DNA of 64,000 nucleotides from Tepidisphaera sp. (GTDB lineage Bacteria; Planctomycetota; Phycisphaerae; Phycisphaerales; UBA1924): NCBI GenBank assembly GCA_050916045.1, contig CP051526.1, positions 320,001 to 384,000 of the forward strand, read 5' to 3'. Shown piece by piece: positions 45,851 to 55,736 of this stretch (position 1 is its first letter; each line of letters starts with the position of its first letter). The notes under the pieces were generated by a model. It saw only the letters and a program-made list of their open reading frames with translations, ran no database searches and was not told where the DNA came from. The position numbers and the translations under genes were made by a program.

Positions 45851-46699
45851 GTGAAAGCAGAACACATGACGGCATCATACGGCATCGTACGGAGTTTGTT
45901 TGTTGCCTCACTACTGCTCGGCTCGGGGGTGGTATTCGCCCAGCCTGTCCCGGCGATTCCTGCCTGTGATTGGCGAAACAATCGGCCCGGTGGGTCGTGT
46001 GCGGGTGCGGTTCCTGTGACAGGTCAGTTCAACATTCAAGAGATTATGACAGACCCAGCCACGGTCAACACCATGTACGAGCCGTGGCTCGGGAATGATG
46101 CTTGCGACTGCTCATATGGCCCTTGTTCATCACGGAACGAATGCTCGAATCCAGTTCGTGGAAGGTCGAAGTCACTCGAGTTGTGCTGGGGCGTGAGCGG
46201 GTCGGCCACCGTGGAGGTGAAGTCCAGCTTGGTGACTCGCTTGATCGCGGAACTTGGCGGATCAATTGAAGTTGGGTTTGAATTGTCCGGATGTGTGACG
46301 CTGACACAGTCGACAGAGTTTTCAGTCCCTCAGAGTCAGTGCTTCAAGAACTTCGCTCGTGAAGTGTGGCAGCAGGCGTCAAACGCTGGAAAGGTGCGAC
46401 AAGTTCAGGCACGCTGGCAGTGGAAGAAATTCGTGCAGCAACCCGATGGTTCAATCACCGAGACTGATTGTGGTGAGACGGAGTGCGGAGTTTCGGTGGT
46501 TGCGACCGGGTCTGCAAGGCTGGATTCCGGCTCCATGATTCAGTACGCGCCCAAGAAGGAAGAATGCGGCGGTGCGCCGGTTCCGAGTCCCGATCCCTAC
46601 GGGGGAAAGAGGGCTGAGCCGTGCTGCCCGACTGCGGAAGGGTGTGGAACACTGGGGCCGGGGCAGACGCCGTGCTGCGGTTGCTTCGCCGTGCCGTGA
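45851..46699 (+). CDS. Cys-rich secreted protein of unknown function
   Basis: GTG 45851 with SD GGAGG; signal peptide ending VFA-QP; 18 Cys; lower GC and atypical codons. Confidence 0.8.
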   Translation: MKAEHMTASYGIVRSLFVASLLLGSGVVFAQPVPAIPACDWRNNRPGGSCAGAVPVTGQFNIQEIMTDPATVNTMYEPWLGNDACDCSYGPCSSRNECSNPVRGRSKSLELCWGVSGSATVEVKSSLVTRLIAELGGSIEVGFELSGCVTLTQSTEFSVPQSQCFKNFAREVWQQASNAGKVRQVQARWQWKKFVQQPDGSITETDCGETECGVSVVATGSARLDSGSMIQYAPKKEECGGAPVPSPDPYGGKRAEPCCPTAEGCGTLGPGQTPCCGCFAVP

Positions 46700-46741
46700 T
46701 AGTCCGTTTGCATTATGATTGATCGGAAATGGAGATGAACT

Positions 46742-47884
46742 ATGCTGGTGTTCAAAGGGGATCGGATTAGCGCGGGGGTAGCAGGCCTCATCGCGGCGAT
46801 CGGCGTGAGTGCCGCGGCCGGGTTGGCTTGGCGATCTTCGGGTGTCGCTCAGGTTCAGCCGCCGCGTGCCGGGGCCGGCGTGATGGTGGGTGAGGACCCA
46901 GTATCGTTTGCGGTGAACGGTGCGGCTGCCGACAAGGCGTCTGGCGTGCCTGGCTGGTCAACGCGGTTGCGTGAAGCGGCTTCATGGTGCATGTTGGCGG
47001 GGAACAATGGGCGAGCCCGTGAGATTCTCGAGAACGTCCTACTGGACCCTGAGACGATCTTCGACGAGGCAGAGGCACAGCGGATGCTTGCGCAGATCAG
47101 TTTCTTTGAGGTGGGCGGTGAAGCGGTTGCTATCCGGCGGTACGAGGAATCCCTGCGGCTGCTCGGCCGCACGGGAAACTATCCGGGGATCTATAACTCT
47201 ACGGCTGCATCAATCATGTCGAACCTCGCGGTGGCTTACCGTGCGCAGCGCCGGTTTGCGGATTGCGAACGCGTGGTGGATGCCGTGCTTGCGATGCCGC
47301 CGACGTCGATCAGTCGATTCTCGTATGGCGCCGCACTCACGAATAAGTCGATTGAGTTGACTCGACGCGGCGACTATGCCGGGGCAACTCATGTACTTGA
47401 CCGTCGGCTTGCGCAGTTCTCGGAGGGGCCATCCGAGCAAGAAGAACGCCTGGCGACGTGCCGTGATCGATACGCGTCCATCGCAGGGCTTCCCAATACC
47501 TACGAACTGCGGCTGATCGATCTCATGGAAGACATGCGAGTCCCCGGTGCGACGCAACAAGCCGCTTCCGCCGCGCACGGCTTGCTCGAACACTATCATC
47601 GCGAAGGTCGGATCAACGAGCAACTCGCCGCAGCGGTTTCGATGATTCAGGATGCGAATCACGTTCTCCAGAATGTGGAGCAGTTTTCTCGATCTGAAGT
47701 TGTGTCCGCGAAGGACCTGCGTGCTTCGTGCCTGAGTATCTTGAGTTCCGCTGACCATTACGGGCATCACGACAAAGCAATTGACGCTTTGGTCGAGTAC
47801 CTCCGCACCGACACCGATCCGAGGATGATCGAGCAGCACACTCGCGAACTGCACGAATTGATCGAGCGTGTCAGCGGGCGATAA
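46742..47884 (+). CDS. TPR-like protein with N-terminal signal/anchor
   Basis: Hydrophobic N-terminus; TPR-like AIRRYEESLRL, IMSNLAVAYRAQRRFADC, RRGDYAGA; SD GGAG. Confidence 0.75.
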   Translation: MLVFKGDRISAGVAGLIAAIGVSAAAGLAWRSSGVAQVQPPRAGAGVMVGEDPVSFAVNGAAADKASGVPGWSTRLREAASWCMLAGNNGRAREILENVLLDPETIFDEAEAQRMLAQISFFEVGGEAVAIRRYEESLRLLGRTGNYPGIYNSTAASIMSNLAVAYRAQRRFADCERVVDAVLAMPPTSISRFSYGAALTNKSIELTRRGDYAGATHVLDRRLAQFSEGPSEQEERLATCRDRYASIAGLPNTYELRLIDLMEDMRVPGATQQAASAAHGLLEHYHREGRINEQLAAAVSMIQDANHVLQNVEQFSRSEVVSAKDLRASCLSILSSADHYGHHDKAIDALVEYLRTDTDPRMIEQHTRELHELIERVSGR

Positions 47885-47908
47885 CTGAGAGCGATTCTCC
47901 TTAGAGGA

Positions 47909-49498
47909 TCATGGCGTCGTTTTGTCGATGGCGGCTTGCGCGGGGTCGGCCTTGCGGGCGGACAGTTTGCCCAAGGCCGGCGGGAGTTCGATCCCCGCCT
48001 GAGCGGCGAGTTCGTGGAGTTTGGGGAGGCTGCCGACCAAGCCGGAGAGGAACTCGCCGGTGGTGCCGCGGCCGTTCTCGCTCACGGTGCCCGAGTCCCA
48101 GACGGTGATCTTGTCGATCTTGAGGTTCTGGATGGCTTTCACCTGGGCTTCGACGAGCTTGGGGAGCTGTTCGATGAGCAGGAGGGTGGGTCCGACGTTG
48201 GAGTCCGAGCCGCAGCTTTCGATCAGTCGGCGGTAGCCGTCGGCTTTGGCTTCCATGACTTTCTGGATACCGGCGGCTTCGGCTTCATACTTGGAGGTGA
48301 TGGCGTCGGCTTCACCCTGGGCTTCGCGGCGGCGTTTTTCGGCTTCGGCTTCGGCGGCGAGGGCCATGCGCTGCTTCTCGATCTCCTGGGGGACGATCTG
48401 TTCCTTGGCGAGCCTGGCGAGTTCCTTCTCGCGTTCGGCTGTGAGAATGGCGCGGGCGGCTTCGGCGGCGGCGACTTCGGAGCGTTTGCGGCTTTCAGCC
48501 TGGATCTCGGCGAGTTTGGCCTGGCTTTCGGCCATGCGGGCGCGAGCGGCGTTCTCGCCGGTGACGGCGAGGGCCTCGGCTTCGGAGACGCGGATTCGCT
48601 GTTCCTGTTCGGCCTGCTTCTTGGCGGTCTCCATTTCGGATTGGCGCTGGGCGCGGGTGATCTCGATGTCGCGCTGGCTTTGGAGTTCGCCCTGGACGGC
48701 CTGAGCTTCCATGGCGGCGACGGTGATGCGTCGGCGCTGCTCGGCTTCCTTCTGACCTTCGGCGGAGGTGGCGGTTTCCTTGGCGACGTTGACGTTGCGC
48801 TCGCGGACGGCGATGGCTTCGCCGGTGGCGCCTTCGCGTTCCTGCTGGGCGACCTCGACCTTGGCGCGGTTGATGGCTTCGGCGGCGGCGCGCTTGCCGA
48901 TGGCCTGGATGTACCCGGACTCGTCGGTGATGTCGCGGAGGTTGACGTTGATGAGTTCGAGGCCGACCTTGTTGACCTCCTGGCCGACGTTCTCGTTGAT
49001 CAGGGTCATGAACTTCTCGCGGTCGCGGTTGATCTCCTCGATGGTGAGGGTCGCGATGACGAGGCGGAGCTGGCCGAGGATGATGTCCTGCGCCTGCTCC
49101 TGGATGGACTGGGGCGAGAGACTGCCCAGGCGGATCGCGGCGTTATTCATGAGGACCGGGTCGGTCGAGATGCCGACGGTGAAGTTTGCCGGGACGTTGA
49201 CGCGGATGTTGTTCCGCGAGAGGGCGCCCTCGAGGGGGATGTCGATCACCATGGGCTCGAGGGAGAGGTAGGCGAAGTCCTGGATAACGGGCATGACAAA
49301 GGTGCCGCCGCCGTGGAGGCATTTGGCCGCTTTGCCCACGCCGACCCGGCCGTAGACGACGAGGACTTTGTTGGGCGGGCACTTGCGGTACCTGGAGAGG
49401 AGCCACGCGAGGAAGGAGAGGGCGATGAGCGATACGAGCGCGATGGCACCCGCCCAGTAAATGCCCGTGTCCGCTGCGAGAAAGAAGCTTGAAGTCAT
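47909..49498 (-). CDS. Flotillin/SPFH family protein
   Basis: RYRKCPPNKVLVVYG, GGGTFVMP, GQLRLVIATLTIEEINRDR, AE-rich coiled coil, KITVWD. Confidence 0.95.
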   Translation of the reverse strand: MTSSFFLAADTGIYWAGAIALVSLIALSFLAWLLSRYRKCPPNKVLVVYGRVGVGKAAKCLHGGGTFVMPVIQDFAYLSLEPMVIDIPLEGALSRNNIRVNVPANFTVGISTDPVLMNNAAIRLGSLSPQSIQEQAQDIILGQLRLVIATLTIEEINRDREKFMTLINENVGQEVNKVGLELINVNLRDITDESGYIQAIGKRAAAEAINRAKVEVAQQEREGATGEAIAVRERNVNVAKETATSAEGQKEAEQRRRITVAAMEAQAVQGELQSQRDIEITRAQRQSEMETAKKQAEQEQRIRVSEAEALAVTGENAARARMAESQAKLAEIQAESRKRSEVAAAEAARAILTAEREKELARLAKEQIVPQEIEKQRMALAAEAEAEKRRREAQGEADAITSKYEAEAAGIQKVMEAKADGYRRLIESCGSDSNVGPTLLLIEQLPKLVEAQVKAIQNLKIDKITVWDSGTVSENGRGTTGEFLSGLVGSLPKLHELAAQAGIELPPALGKLSARKADPAQAAIDKTTP

Positions 49499-50277
49499 GA
49501 TTCCCCCTGCTCAAGAGCCGGCCGCTGCGAAGCGGACGGCGGTTGGTGAAGCGGAGCCTGCGTGACTTCGGCAGGTTCCGCGAGCGATTGGACAACGACG
49601 CTGTTGTCCGGATTGGCGGCGAGGATGAGAACGCGGGTGCCCGTCGGGATCATGGCGTCCCGGGAGATCGCGCTCACGAATCGCTCCGCGCCGCGGACTT
49701 CGACCCGGATCTGACCCGAGCCGGAATCGCGGGCGGGGATGCGCACGTAGACGGTGGCTTCCAGGCCGAGCATGTCGGCGAGGGTGATGGTGCCGTCGGA
49801 TTCGAACTTTCGGAACTGGCGGAAGATCGTGATGACGCCGGCGGCGACCGAGACGCCCGCGACCAGGCCGATGAGAGCTCCGCCGAAGGCTCCAAAGTGC
49901 TCACGTCCGATCAGCCCCGCCCAGCCGAACGCTCCAGCGAAGGCCGCCAGGGACTGGACGGAGAAGATCTCGGCCGCGGTGACGAGCGGAGCAGCGTGCG
50001 AAGCCTGGCCGTGCCCCGCGGGATGGTGGGGGACATCGGCGTGGTGCGCGAGGGGCGTTTCCCCCATCGGGGCGTCGTGCGGGAGGTCGTGGGGCACATC
50101 GTGCGGAATGTCGTGCGGGACGTCGTGGGGGACATCGTGGTGGCCGACGGAATCACCGACGTCGGAGAAGACCCCGAGGAACCCCAGCGCCGTGCGGAGC
50201 ATGAAAAAGGCCGTTCCGAGGACGGCGGGGATTCCGAACCAAGCGGCGGACCCAGAGAAGAGTGCGTCGTACCACAT
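49495..50277 (-). CDS. NfeD-like membrane protein with His-rich loop
   Basis: Three TMs, OB-fold ATVYVRIP...GQIRV...IPTGTRV; overlaps flotillin start. Confidence 0.85.
   Translation of the reverse strand: MWYDALFSGSAAWFGIPAVLGTAFFMLRTALGFLGVFSDVGDSVGHHDVPHDVPHDIPHDVPHDLPHDAPMGETPLAHHADVPHHPAGHGQASHAAPLVTAAEIFSVQSLAAFAGAFGWAGLIGREHFGAFGGALIGLVAGVSVAAGVITIFRQFRKFESDGTITLADMLGLEATVYVRIPARDSGSGQIRVEVRGAERFVSAISRDAMIPTGTRVLILAANPDNSVVVQSLAEPAEVTQAPLHQPPSASQRPALEQGES
50068..50139 (-). repeat. 12-bp x6 coding repeat (HD[V/I/L/A]P)
   Basis: HDVP HDVP HDIP HDVP HDLP HDAP. Confidence 0.9.
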
Positions 50278-50495
50278 GCGGCGCGTCTCCAGTGCGAAAC
50301 GGTATTCGCGCCGGCCTCACAATCGAGCTTTCCCCGCGGATTTTCGGTGGTTCGGCACGCGTCGGCGCGTCGTTCGCCCGTGCTTTGCCCGGGGTACAGC
50401 GCACCGAATGCGGCGTTCGGCGGGCGTCACCCGCGCCCGGAACGAAAGCGGCTCCGGCGAGAGCGCCGGAGCCGCGAACGGGATGGTCGAGATGA

Positions 50496-52415
50496 TCAGC
50501 AGCCGCGCTCGAAGTCCTCGACGTACGCGTTGTAGTCGAAGAAGTCGACGAAGTTGTCGACGTTGTAGTCGGCGGTCCGACCGCGCGGGCATCGCCCGCC
50601 CTCGTAGCACCGCACGAAGTCGTCGTAGTCGAAGAAGTCGACGAATCCGTCGAGGTTGAAGTCCGGGCCGCACTGCGGGACGCCCGGGTCAAACGGCTCA
50701 TCCACCGGATCGATGTCGCGCCAGCCGGGCGTGAGGTTCCGCGCGTTCTCGTTGTGCCGCGACCGGGTCAGATCGGTCAGCCGGCTCATCCGCATGTCTG
50801 CGAAGACTCCCCAAGGGCTGTCGGGGTTGATGGTCCAGCGACCGGAGGAGGCGCTCAGCGAGAACTGACGCACAGACCCGTCGCAGAGGGCGAGCATGTT
50901 GCCCAGGCGGTCGAAGGAGAACCCCTTGATGTTCCGGAGGGCCGAGTTGGACGCCGTGGAAGCGACCGACGTTCGGCCGTTGGTGTCAAAGGCGATCTCG
51001 AACGCGCCCGCGCCCAAGCTTGAAGCCAGCCAGACCCGGCCGGTGAGCGGGTTGATCGCGACCGAGCCGTCTCCGGGGAGCGTGAGGCCGCCGGGGATGG
51101 GCGTGTTGCCCACGGGGCTGAGGTCGGCGGTGAACCGAACGAGACGCGTGTTGTTGTCGGTGAGGGCGACGATCGTGTCCGTCGCGTCGTCGATCGCCCA
51201 CGCGGTCGCGGGGCTTGGCAGCGTGAGCGAGCCGAGCGGGATCGGGCGGTCGTCGACGAGCTTGTACTTCTGAACGATCGCGCCGAGCTGCACGTAGCAG
51301 GCTCCGTACCGATCGAGAAGCAGACGGTCGGGGTTGCGGTCAAAGGACGCCAAGCGGTCGAAGGAGCGGCCGACGAAGTCGTACGCGAAGAGACCGGCTT
51401 GACCGCCGCGCCCCGTGCCCGCCAGCACGACATGCGAGACCTCGGTGTGGTCGAAAGCGATGTCGATGATCGGGCCGGCGGTGGGGGACGTTGCTTCTTC
51501 CTGCTGAGCGCCGCTTCCGGTGAAGACGCCGGGAAGCTGGAACGAAACGAGCAGATTGGGATTGACCGGGTGCACGCCAAGAGCGATCAGCGGGAGAATG
51601 TACCGGTAGGAGTCAAAGACGCGGACGGGATCCTCCGCGGTGCCGTTGAAAGTCTCGTCGAAGGAGTAGACGGAGGCGAAGTCGCCGTCCATGTTCCAGA
51701 AGCGGCGGTAGAGGGTCCGCGTGACGGTGGTGAACTCGGACTGCAGGATGCGGGATTCGTTGTCCGGACTGGTGTTGGGGTCGTGGTACAGGACCTGCGG
51801 ACGCATGAGGTCGCAACCGTCGTACGTGCCGACGGCGGTGATCGCGTGGCCGCCGTCGCGTTCGAGCTGGTCCCCGTCGCGGTAGTAGCGTCCGTACCCG
51901 AAGGTGGTGGGCCAGCCGGCTTTGACGAGCTGGTAGATGCGCTTGGGACGGGGGAACTTGTCGTCGTCGGCTTTGAAGCCGCAGCCGATGAAGTACATGC
52001 CGTATCCGCGGTCGGCGATCCAGTCGACCATGCCCTCCACGCTGTCGCCGTGGTTGGTGCCTCCGTCGTCGGTGTCCATGTACTCGCCGAGGTTGAAGAG
52101 GAGGGTGCCGACGGTGTTGTAGATCGGGAGCTGACCCTCCCAGTTCGGCTGGTTGGAGTTTGGGATGACGTTGAAGCCGGCATCGTCGAGGATCGCGAGC
52201 AGGTTGGCGATGGAGGTTGGGACGCAGTGGACCGACCCGTTGTTGGGAAGGCCGAGGTGCGTGATGACGAGGGGGTTGTTGGGGTCAAAGCGGGTGACGC
52301 GCCGCTGGTCAAAGTCGGGAACATTGGGCCAATAGATGTCGCACTGGGCGTGGACCGTGTGGGCGAGAGCCAGACCCGCGCTGAGAGCGAGCGTGCGGAC
52401 GATGCGAGCGGACAT
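50496..52415 (-). CDS. Secreted papain-fold (C39-like) peptidase candidate + beta-propeller-like region + dockerin-like tag
   Basis: Signal peptide, SD AAGGAG; VPDFDQ, HCVPTSIANLL, GGHAITAVG, YHDPN; ends FERGC. Confidence 0.75.
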   Translation of the reverse strand: MSARIVRTLALSAGLALAHTVHAQCDIYWPNVPDFDQRRVTRFDPNNPLVITHLGLPNNGSVHCVPTSIANLLAILDDAGFNVIPNSNQPNWEGQLPIYNTVGTLLFNLGEYMDTDDGGTNHGDSVEGMVDWIADRGYGMYFIGCGFKADDDKFPRPKRIYQLVKAGWPTTFGYGRYYRDGDQLERDGGHAITAVGTYDGCDLMRPQVLYHDPNTSPDNESRILQSEFTTVTRTLYRRFWNMDGDFASVYSFDETFNGTAEDPVRVFDSYRYILPLIALGVHPVNPNLLVSFQLPGVFTGSGAQQEEATSPTAGPIIDIAFDHTEVSHVVLAGTGRGGQAGLFAYDFVGRSFDRLASFDRNPDRLLLDRYGACYVQLGAIVQKYKLVDDRPIPLGSLTLPSPATAWAIDDATDTIVALTDNNTRLVRFTADLSPVGNTPIPGGLTLPGDGSVAINPLTGRVWLASSLGAGAFEIAFDTNGRTSVASTASNSALRNIKGFSFDRLGNMLALCDGSVRQFSLSASSGRWTINPDSPWGVFADMRMSRLTDLTRSRHNENARNLTPGWRDIDPVDEPFDPGVPQCGPDFNLDGFVDFFDYDDFVRCYEGGRCPRGRTADYNVDNFVDFFDYNAYVEDFERGC

Positions 52416-52499
52416 TGTGGACTCCTTGATCGAACCGTGGACGCCACGGCCCGGCAGCATCATGGCGCACGATGCCGGCGAATGGTCCGAAGTTTTGCG

Positions 52500-54158
52500 T
52501 CAGTGCGAAGCAAGGCCCTTGGATTCTCGGCCCAAAGCCGGCGGCGGCGGGGCTTTGCGTTCGACCCAGTCCGCGATCCAGGCCGCCTGTCCGGGCAGGA
52601 AATAGAAGAGCATGCCGTGGCCGCCGGTGTGCCAGAGCTGGTCGGGCTTGCCGAGGCGTTCGTAGAGCAGGTCGCCCAGGTCGGCGGGGACCCAGGTGTC
52701 CCAGATCGCGTGGACCTGAAGGACCGGCATTCCGCGGAGCGCCGCGGCGGTGTGGTACGGGTCGAGTTGGCAGAGCTCGAGATACCGCTTGCCCAGCTTG
52801 CCGACAAGTTCGGCGGATGGGCGGTTGGAGCGCTCCATGCGCCGGGCTTTCTCGCCGGGGTTGAGCGGGCGGGATTCGAGCATGACTCCGCCGTCGTAGA
52901 ACGTGCTTCGCGCGGCGACCTCGACGAGGTTGGCGGCTCCGCCGATGAGCACGGTGGCCGCGACCGTGTCCAGGCCGCGCTCGCGAAGCCGCGCGACCAC
53001 CGCGGGCGTCGAGAGAGCGCCGGCGGAGAATCCGATCACGACGGTGGGGAGCGTTCGGGTTTCGCGGTACGTCGAGTGGAGCGCGTCGAGGATGGCTTCG
53101 GTCGCCAGCGCGTTGCGAGCGAGAGTTCGGTCGATTTCCGTTGCGAGCATCCGGGCGACCGGTTCGACGTCGGCTTCGTCCCGGAGGCGGACCGGCGGCG
53201 TGCGCATCGCGAAGCTCTGGATCGTGAGGTCGTCGATCTCGCGCTGAGCAGGGTCGTTGCGCCTCGCTTCCCATTGCTCGGCGAGCGGCCGGTCCATCTG
53301 GATCGGCGGGACCAGCTTGGCGAGCTCGGCTTTGCGGTCCTCGATTGCGAGCACCTTCTCGACGGTCTCTTCGTCGATGTCCCGGTCGATGCCGTCGTCC
53401 AGGTCGATGTCGACGATGATCCAGCCGCGGCGGCTGAACTCATCCATCACCTGACGCTCGTACGGGTTGGCGCCCAGCGCCCACAGGTGCAGGATCACGC
53501 CCCGAGGTTTGGCCGGTATCGTTGAGGGAAACCGGAAAGGGATCCCTGCGCCGTACCCGGAGCGTTCCTCGACGATCACCGCCGGTGCGCAGAAGGGCTG
53601 CGGCAAGCGGTTGACGAACGAACTGCTCATCAGCGCGTTCAGCCGCTCACGCTCCTGGATCAGGCCGCTGAGACGCTCCCTCGTGGTTCCGAACGTCAAG
53701 CCTGTCTGCGCGTACCCGTTGGGGGTGAACCCGATGAACAACGCCATCAGGTCCGGCGGCGAATCGGCGGGACGTCCCTCTTCGCCCACATTGAGTTTGA
53801 CGATCACGTCCCGGTGGCGGTGCAGCCGGAGGGAAGCCGTGGGAGACCTCGCGGACGTCGACCGCATCCCCAGGCCCATCGCCGTGCCCACCTCCCCGCC
53901 ACGCGGCCCCTGCGGAACTTTGTCGTTTGTGACGGGTGTGAGGGGCTGCAGATCCGGGTAGGCCCAGAGCGCTTCGTTAAGCTCGCGAGCGGGCAACTTC
54001 GGCCAAACCGAAGGCTCGACGAGCACCGGCGGCTGCGTCAGCCGGTGCGTCGATCCCGAGCTTGCGATGTAGCAGCCGCCCAGCAGAGACGCCATCGCGC
54101 CGAGCGCCAGGCCCGCCGCTCGCACACCCACCGCCGCACGCTGCTTGCTCCGGTGCAT
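52500..54158 (-). CDS. Alpha/beta hydrolase lipoprotein
   Basis: Lipobox LLGGC; GFSAG nucleophile elbow; WDTWVP; GGHG. Confidence 0.8.
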   Translation of the reverse strand: MHRSKQRAAVGVRAAGLALGAMASLLGGCYIASSGSTHRLTQPPVLVEPSVWPKLPARELNEALWAYPDLQPLTPVTNDKVPQGPRGGEVGTAMGLGMRSTSARSPTASLRLHRHRDVIVKLNVGEEGRPADSPPDLMALFIGFTPNGYAQTGLTFGTTRERLSGLIQERERLNALMSSSFVNRLPQPFCAPAVIVEERSGYGAGIPFRFPSTIPAKPRGVILHLWALGANPYERQVMDEFSRRGWIIVDIDLDDGIDRDIDEETVEKVLAIEDRKAELAKLVPPIQMDRPLAEQWEARRNDPAQREIDDLTIQSFAMRTPPVRLRDEADVEPVARMLATEIDRTLARNALATEAILDALHSTYRETRTLPTVVIGFSAGALSTPAVVARLRERGLDTVAATVLIGGAANLVEVAARSTFYDGGVMLESRPLNPGEKARRMERSNRPSAELVGKLGKRYLELCQLDPYHTAAALRGMPVLQVHAIWDTWVPADLGDLLYERLGKPDQLWHTGGHGMLFYFLPGQAAWIADWVERKAPPPPALGRESKGLASH

Positions 54159-54413
54159 TCGCTCGTTCCTCGTCGCCCCGCCGATCTGCTCGCCGATCCG
54201 ACCGTCCCGACCCGCCATGCCCGCCGTCAGGCGCCCCGCCGCGAGACCCAAGCCTACACGCACCGGCCGCATCCGGCCCGTCGGTCGCTTCGCCCCCCGC
54301 CGGATACCGCCAAGCCTTCCGAAATGCTGCGGCACAGGGTCGCTTGGCTCCACGTCTCCTAGAATACGCTCGTCCCAACCGCCGCACCTCCCCACCGAAA
54401 ACGGAGGGTTCCC

Positions 54414-55736
54414 ATGCCTTATTACACCAAACTCGGCCTCCTTCCCAAGAAGCGTCACGTGCAGTTCCGCCGCCCCGACGGCTGCCTGTACTCCGAAGAG
54501 CTCTTCGGCACCGAGGGCTTTGTCGGCCCCACCTCCACCATGTACCACATCCAGCCCCCGACGCAGGTCTATGGCTGGAAGCCCATGTACGGCACAAAGG
54601 TCGAGTACGTCGAGCAGGAACTCATGCGCATGCGGCACGTCCGCACCTCGCCGCAGAAGCCCAAGGGCGACTCGGTGACCGGCCGCGTCGTGCTTTTCGG
54701 CAACGCCGATTGCGAGATGGCCGTCTGCAACCCCGCCGAGCAGATGGGCTACCACTTCAAGAACGCCCAGGGCGACGAGGTCATCTTCGTGCACTACGGC
54801 TCGGGCGTCTGCCACACGATGATGGGCACGCTCAAGTTCGGCCCGCGCGACTACATCGTCATCCCCAAGGGCATCATCTACACGATGATCTGGGACAAGC
54901 GCAAGGACGAGACCGACGGCGGCCCGGCCATCGCCGACATGCCCTTCGGCAAGTTCCTCCTCATCGAAACCGCCAACGGAAGCCACATCGCCCCCCCGCC
55001 TCGCTACATCTCCAAGACCACGAGCCAGTTCCTCGAGCACTCGCCCTACTGCGAGCGCGATATCCGCATCCCCGAGTTCCCCATGACCTGGGACGAAAAG
55101 GGCGACTTTGAGGTCCGCATCAAAGCCCGCGACCTCGTGCACAGCTACACCTACCACTACCACCCCCTCGACGTCGTCGGCTGGGACGGCTGCTACTACC
55201 CCTACATCTTCAACGCCGATGACTTCAGCCCCATCACCGGCGCTCTCCACATGCCCCCGCCGATCCACCAGACGTTCGAAGCTCACAACTTCGTCATCTG
55301 CACCTTCGCCCCGCGCATGCTCGATTACCACCCCCAAGCCATCAAGGTGCCCTACAACCACAGCAACCTCGACAGCGACGAAGTCCTCTACTACGTCAGC
55401 GGCAACTACAAAGCCCGCAAAGGCATCGAAAGCCAGTCCCTCACCGCCCACCCTCAGGGCATCCCCCACGGACCGCACCCCGGCACGATCGAAGCATCGC
55501 TCGAAGCGACCTACACCAACGAGCTCGCCGTCATGTGCGACACCTTCCGACCGCTCTTCCCGACCAAAGCTGCTTTGGAATGGGACGACCCGAACTATCC
55601 CAAGAGCTGGGAAGGCGAGCACTTCCCGGGCTTGCAAAGCGGGAAGATCCACCTCAGCAGCATGGCCAACGGAACCGCGAAGAACGCCGTGCCCGTGCAC
55701 AAGCACGAGTCGGTGAGCAACGTCTGGGCACCGTGA
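54414..55736 (+). CDS. hmgA: Homogentisate 1,2-dioxygenase
   Basis: EELFGTEGF, HPLDVVGWDG, HMPPPIHQTF, PYNHSNLDSDEV, HPQGIPHGPHP, AVMCDTF. Confidence 0.95.
   Translation: MPYYTKLGLLPKKRHVQFRRPDGCLYSEELFGTEGFVGPTSTMYHIQPPTQVYGWKPMYGTKVEYVEQELMRMRHVRTSPQKPKGDSVTGRVVLFGNADCEMAVCNPAEQMGYHFKNAQGDEVIFVHYGSGVCHTMMGTLKFGPRDYIVIPKGIIYTMIWDKRKDETDGGPAIADMPFGKFLLIETANGSHIAPPPRYISKTTSQFLEHSPYCERDIRIPEFPMTWDEKGDFEVRIKARDLVHSYTYHYHPLDVVGWDGCYYPYIFNADDFSPITGALHMPPPIHQTFEAHNFVICTFAPRMLDYHPQAIKVPYNHSNLDSDEVLYYVSGNYKARKGIESQSLTAHPQGIPHGPHPGTIEASLEATYTNELAVMCDTFRPLFPTKAALEWDDPNYPKSWEGEHFPGLQSGKIHLSSMANGTAKNAVPVHKHESVSNVWAP

Noticed and set aside
45680..47908. Prophage or integrative element
   Set aside because: No integrase, tRNA target or flanking direct repeats seen; only a compositional shift.
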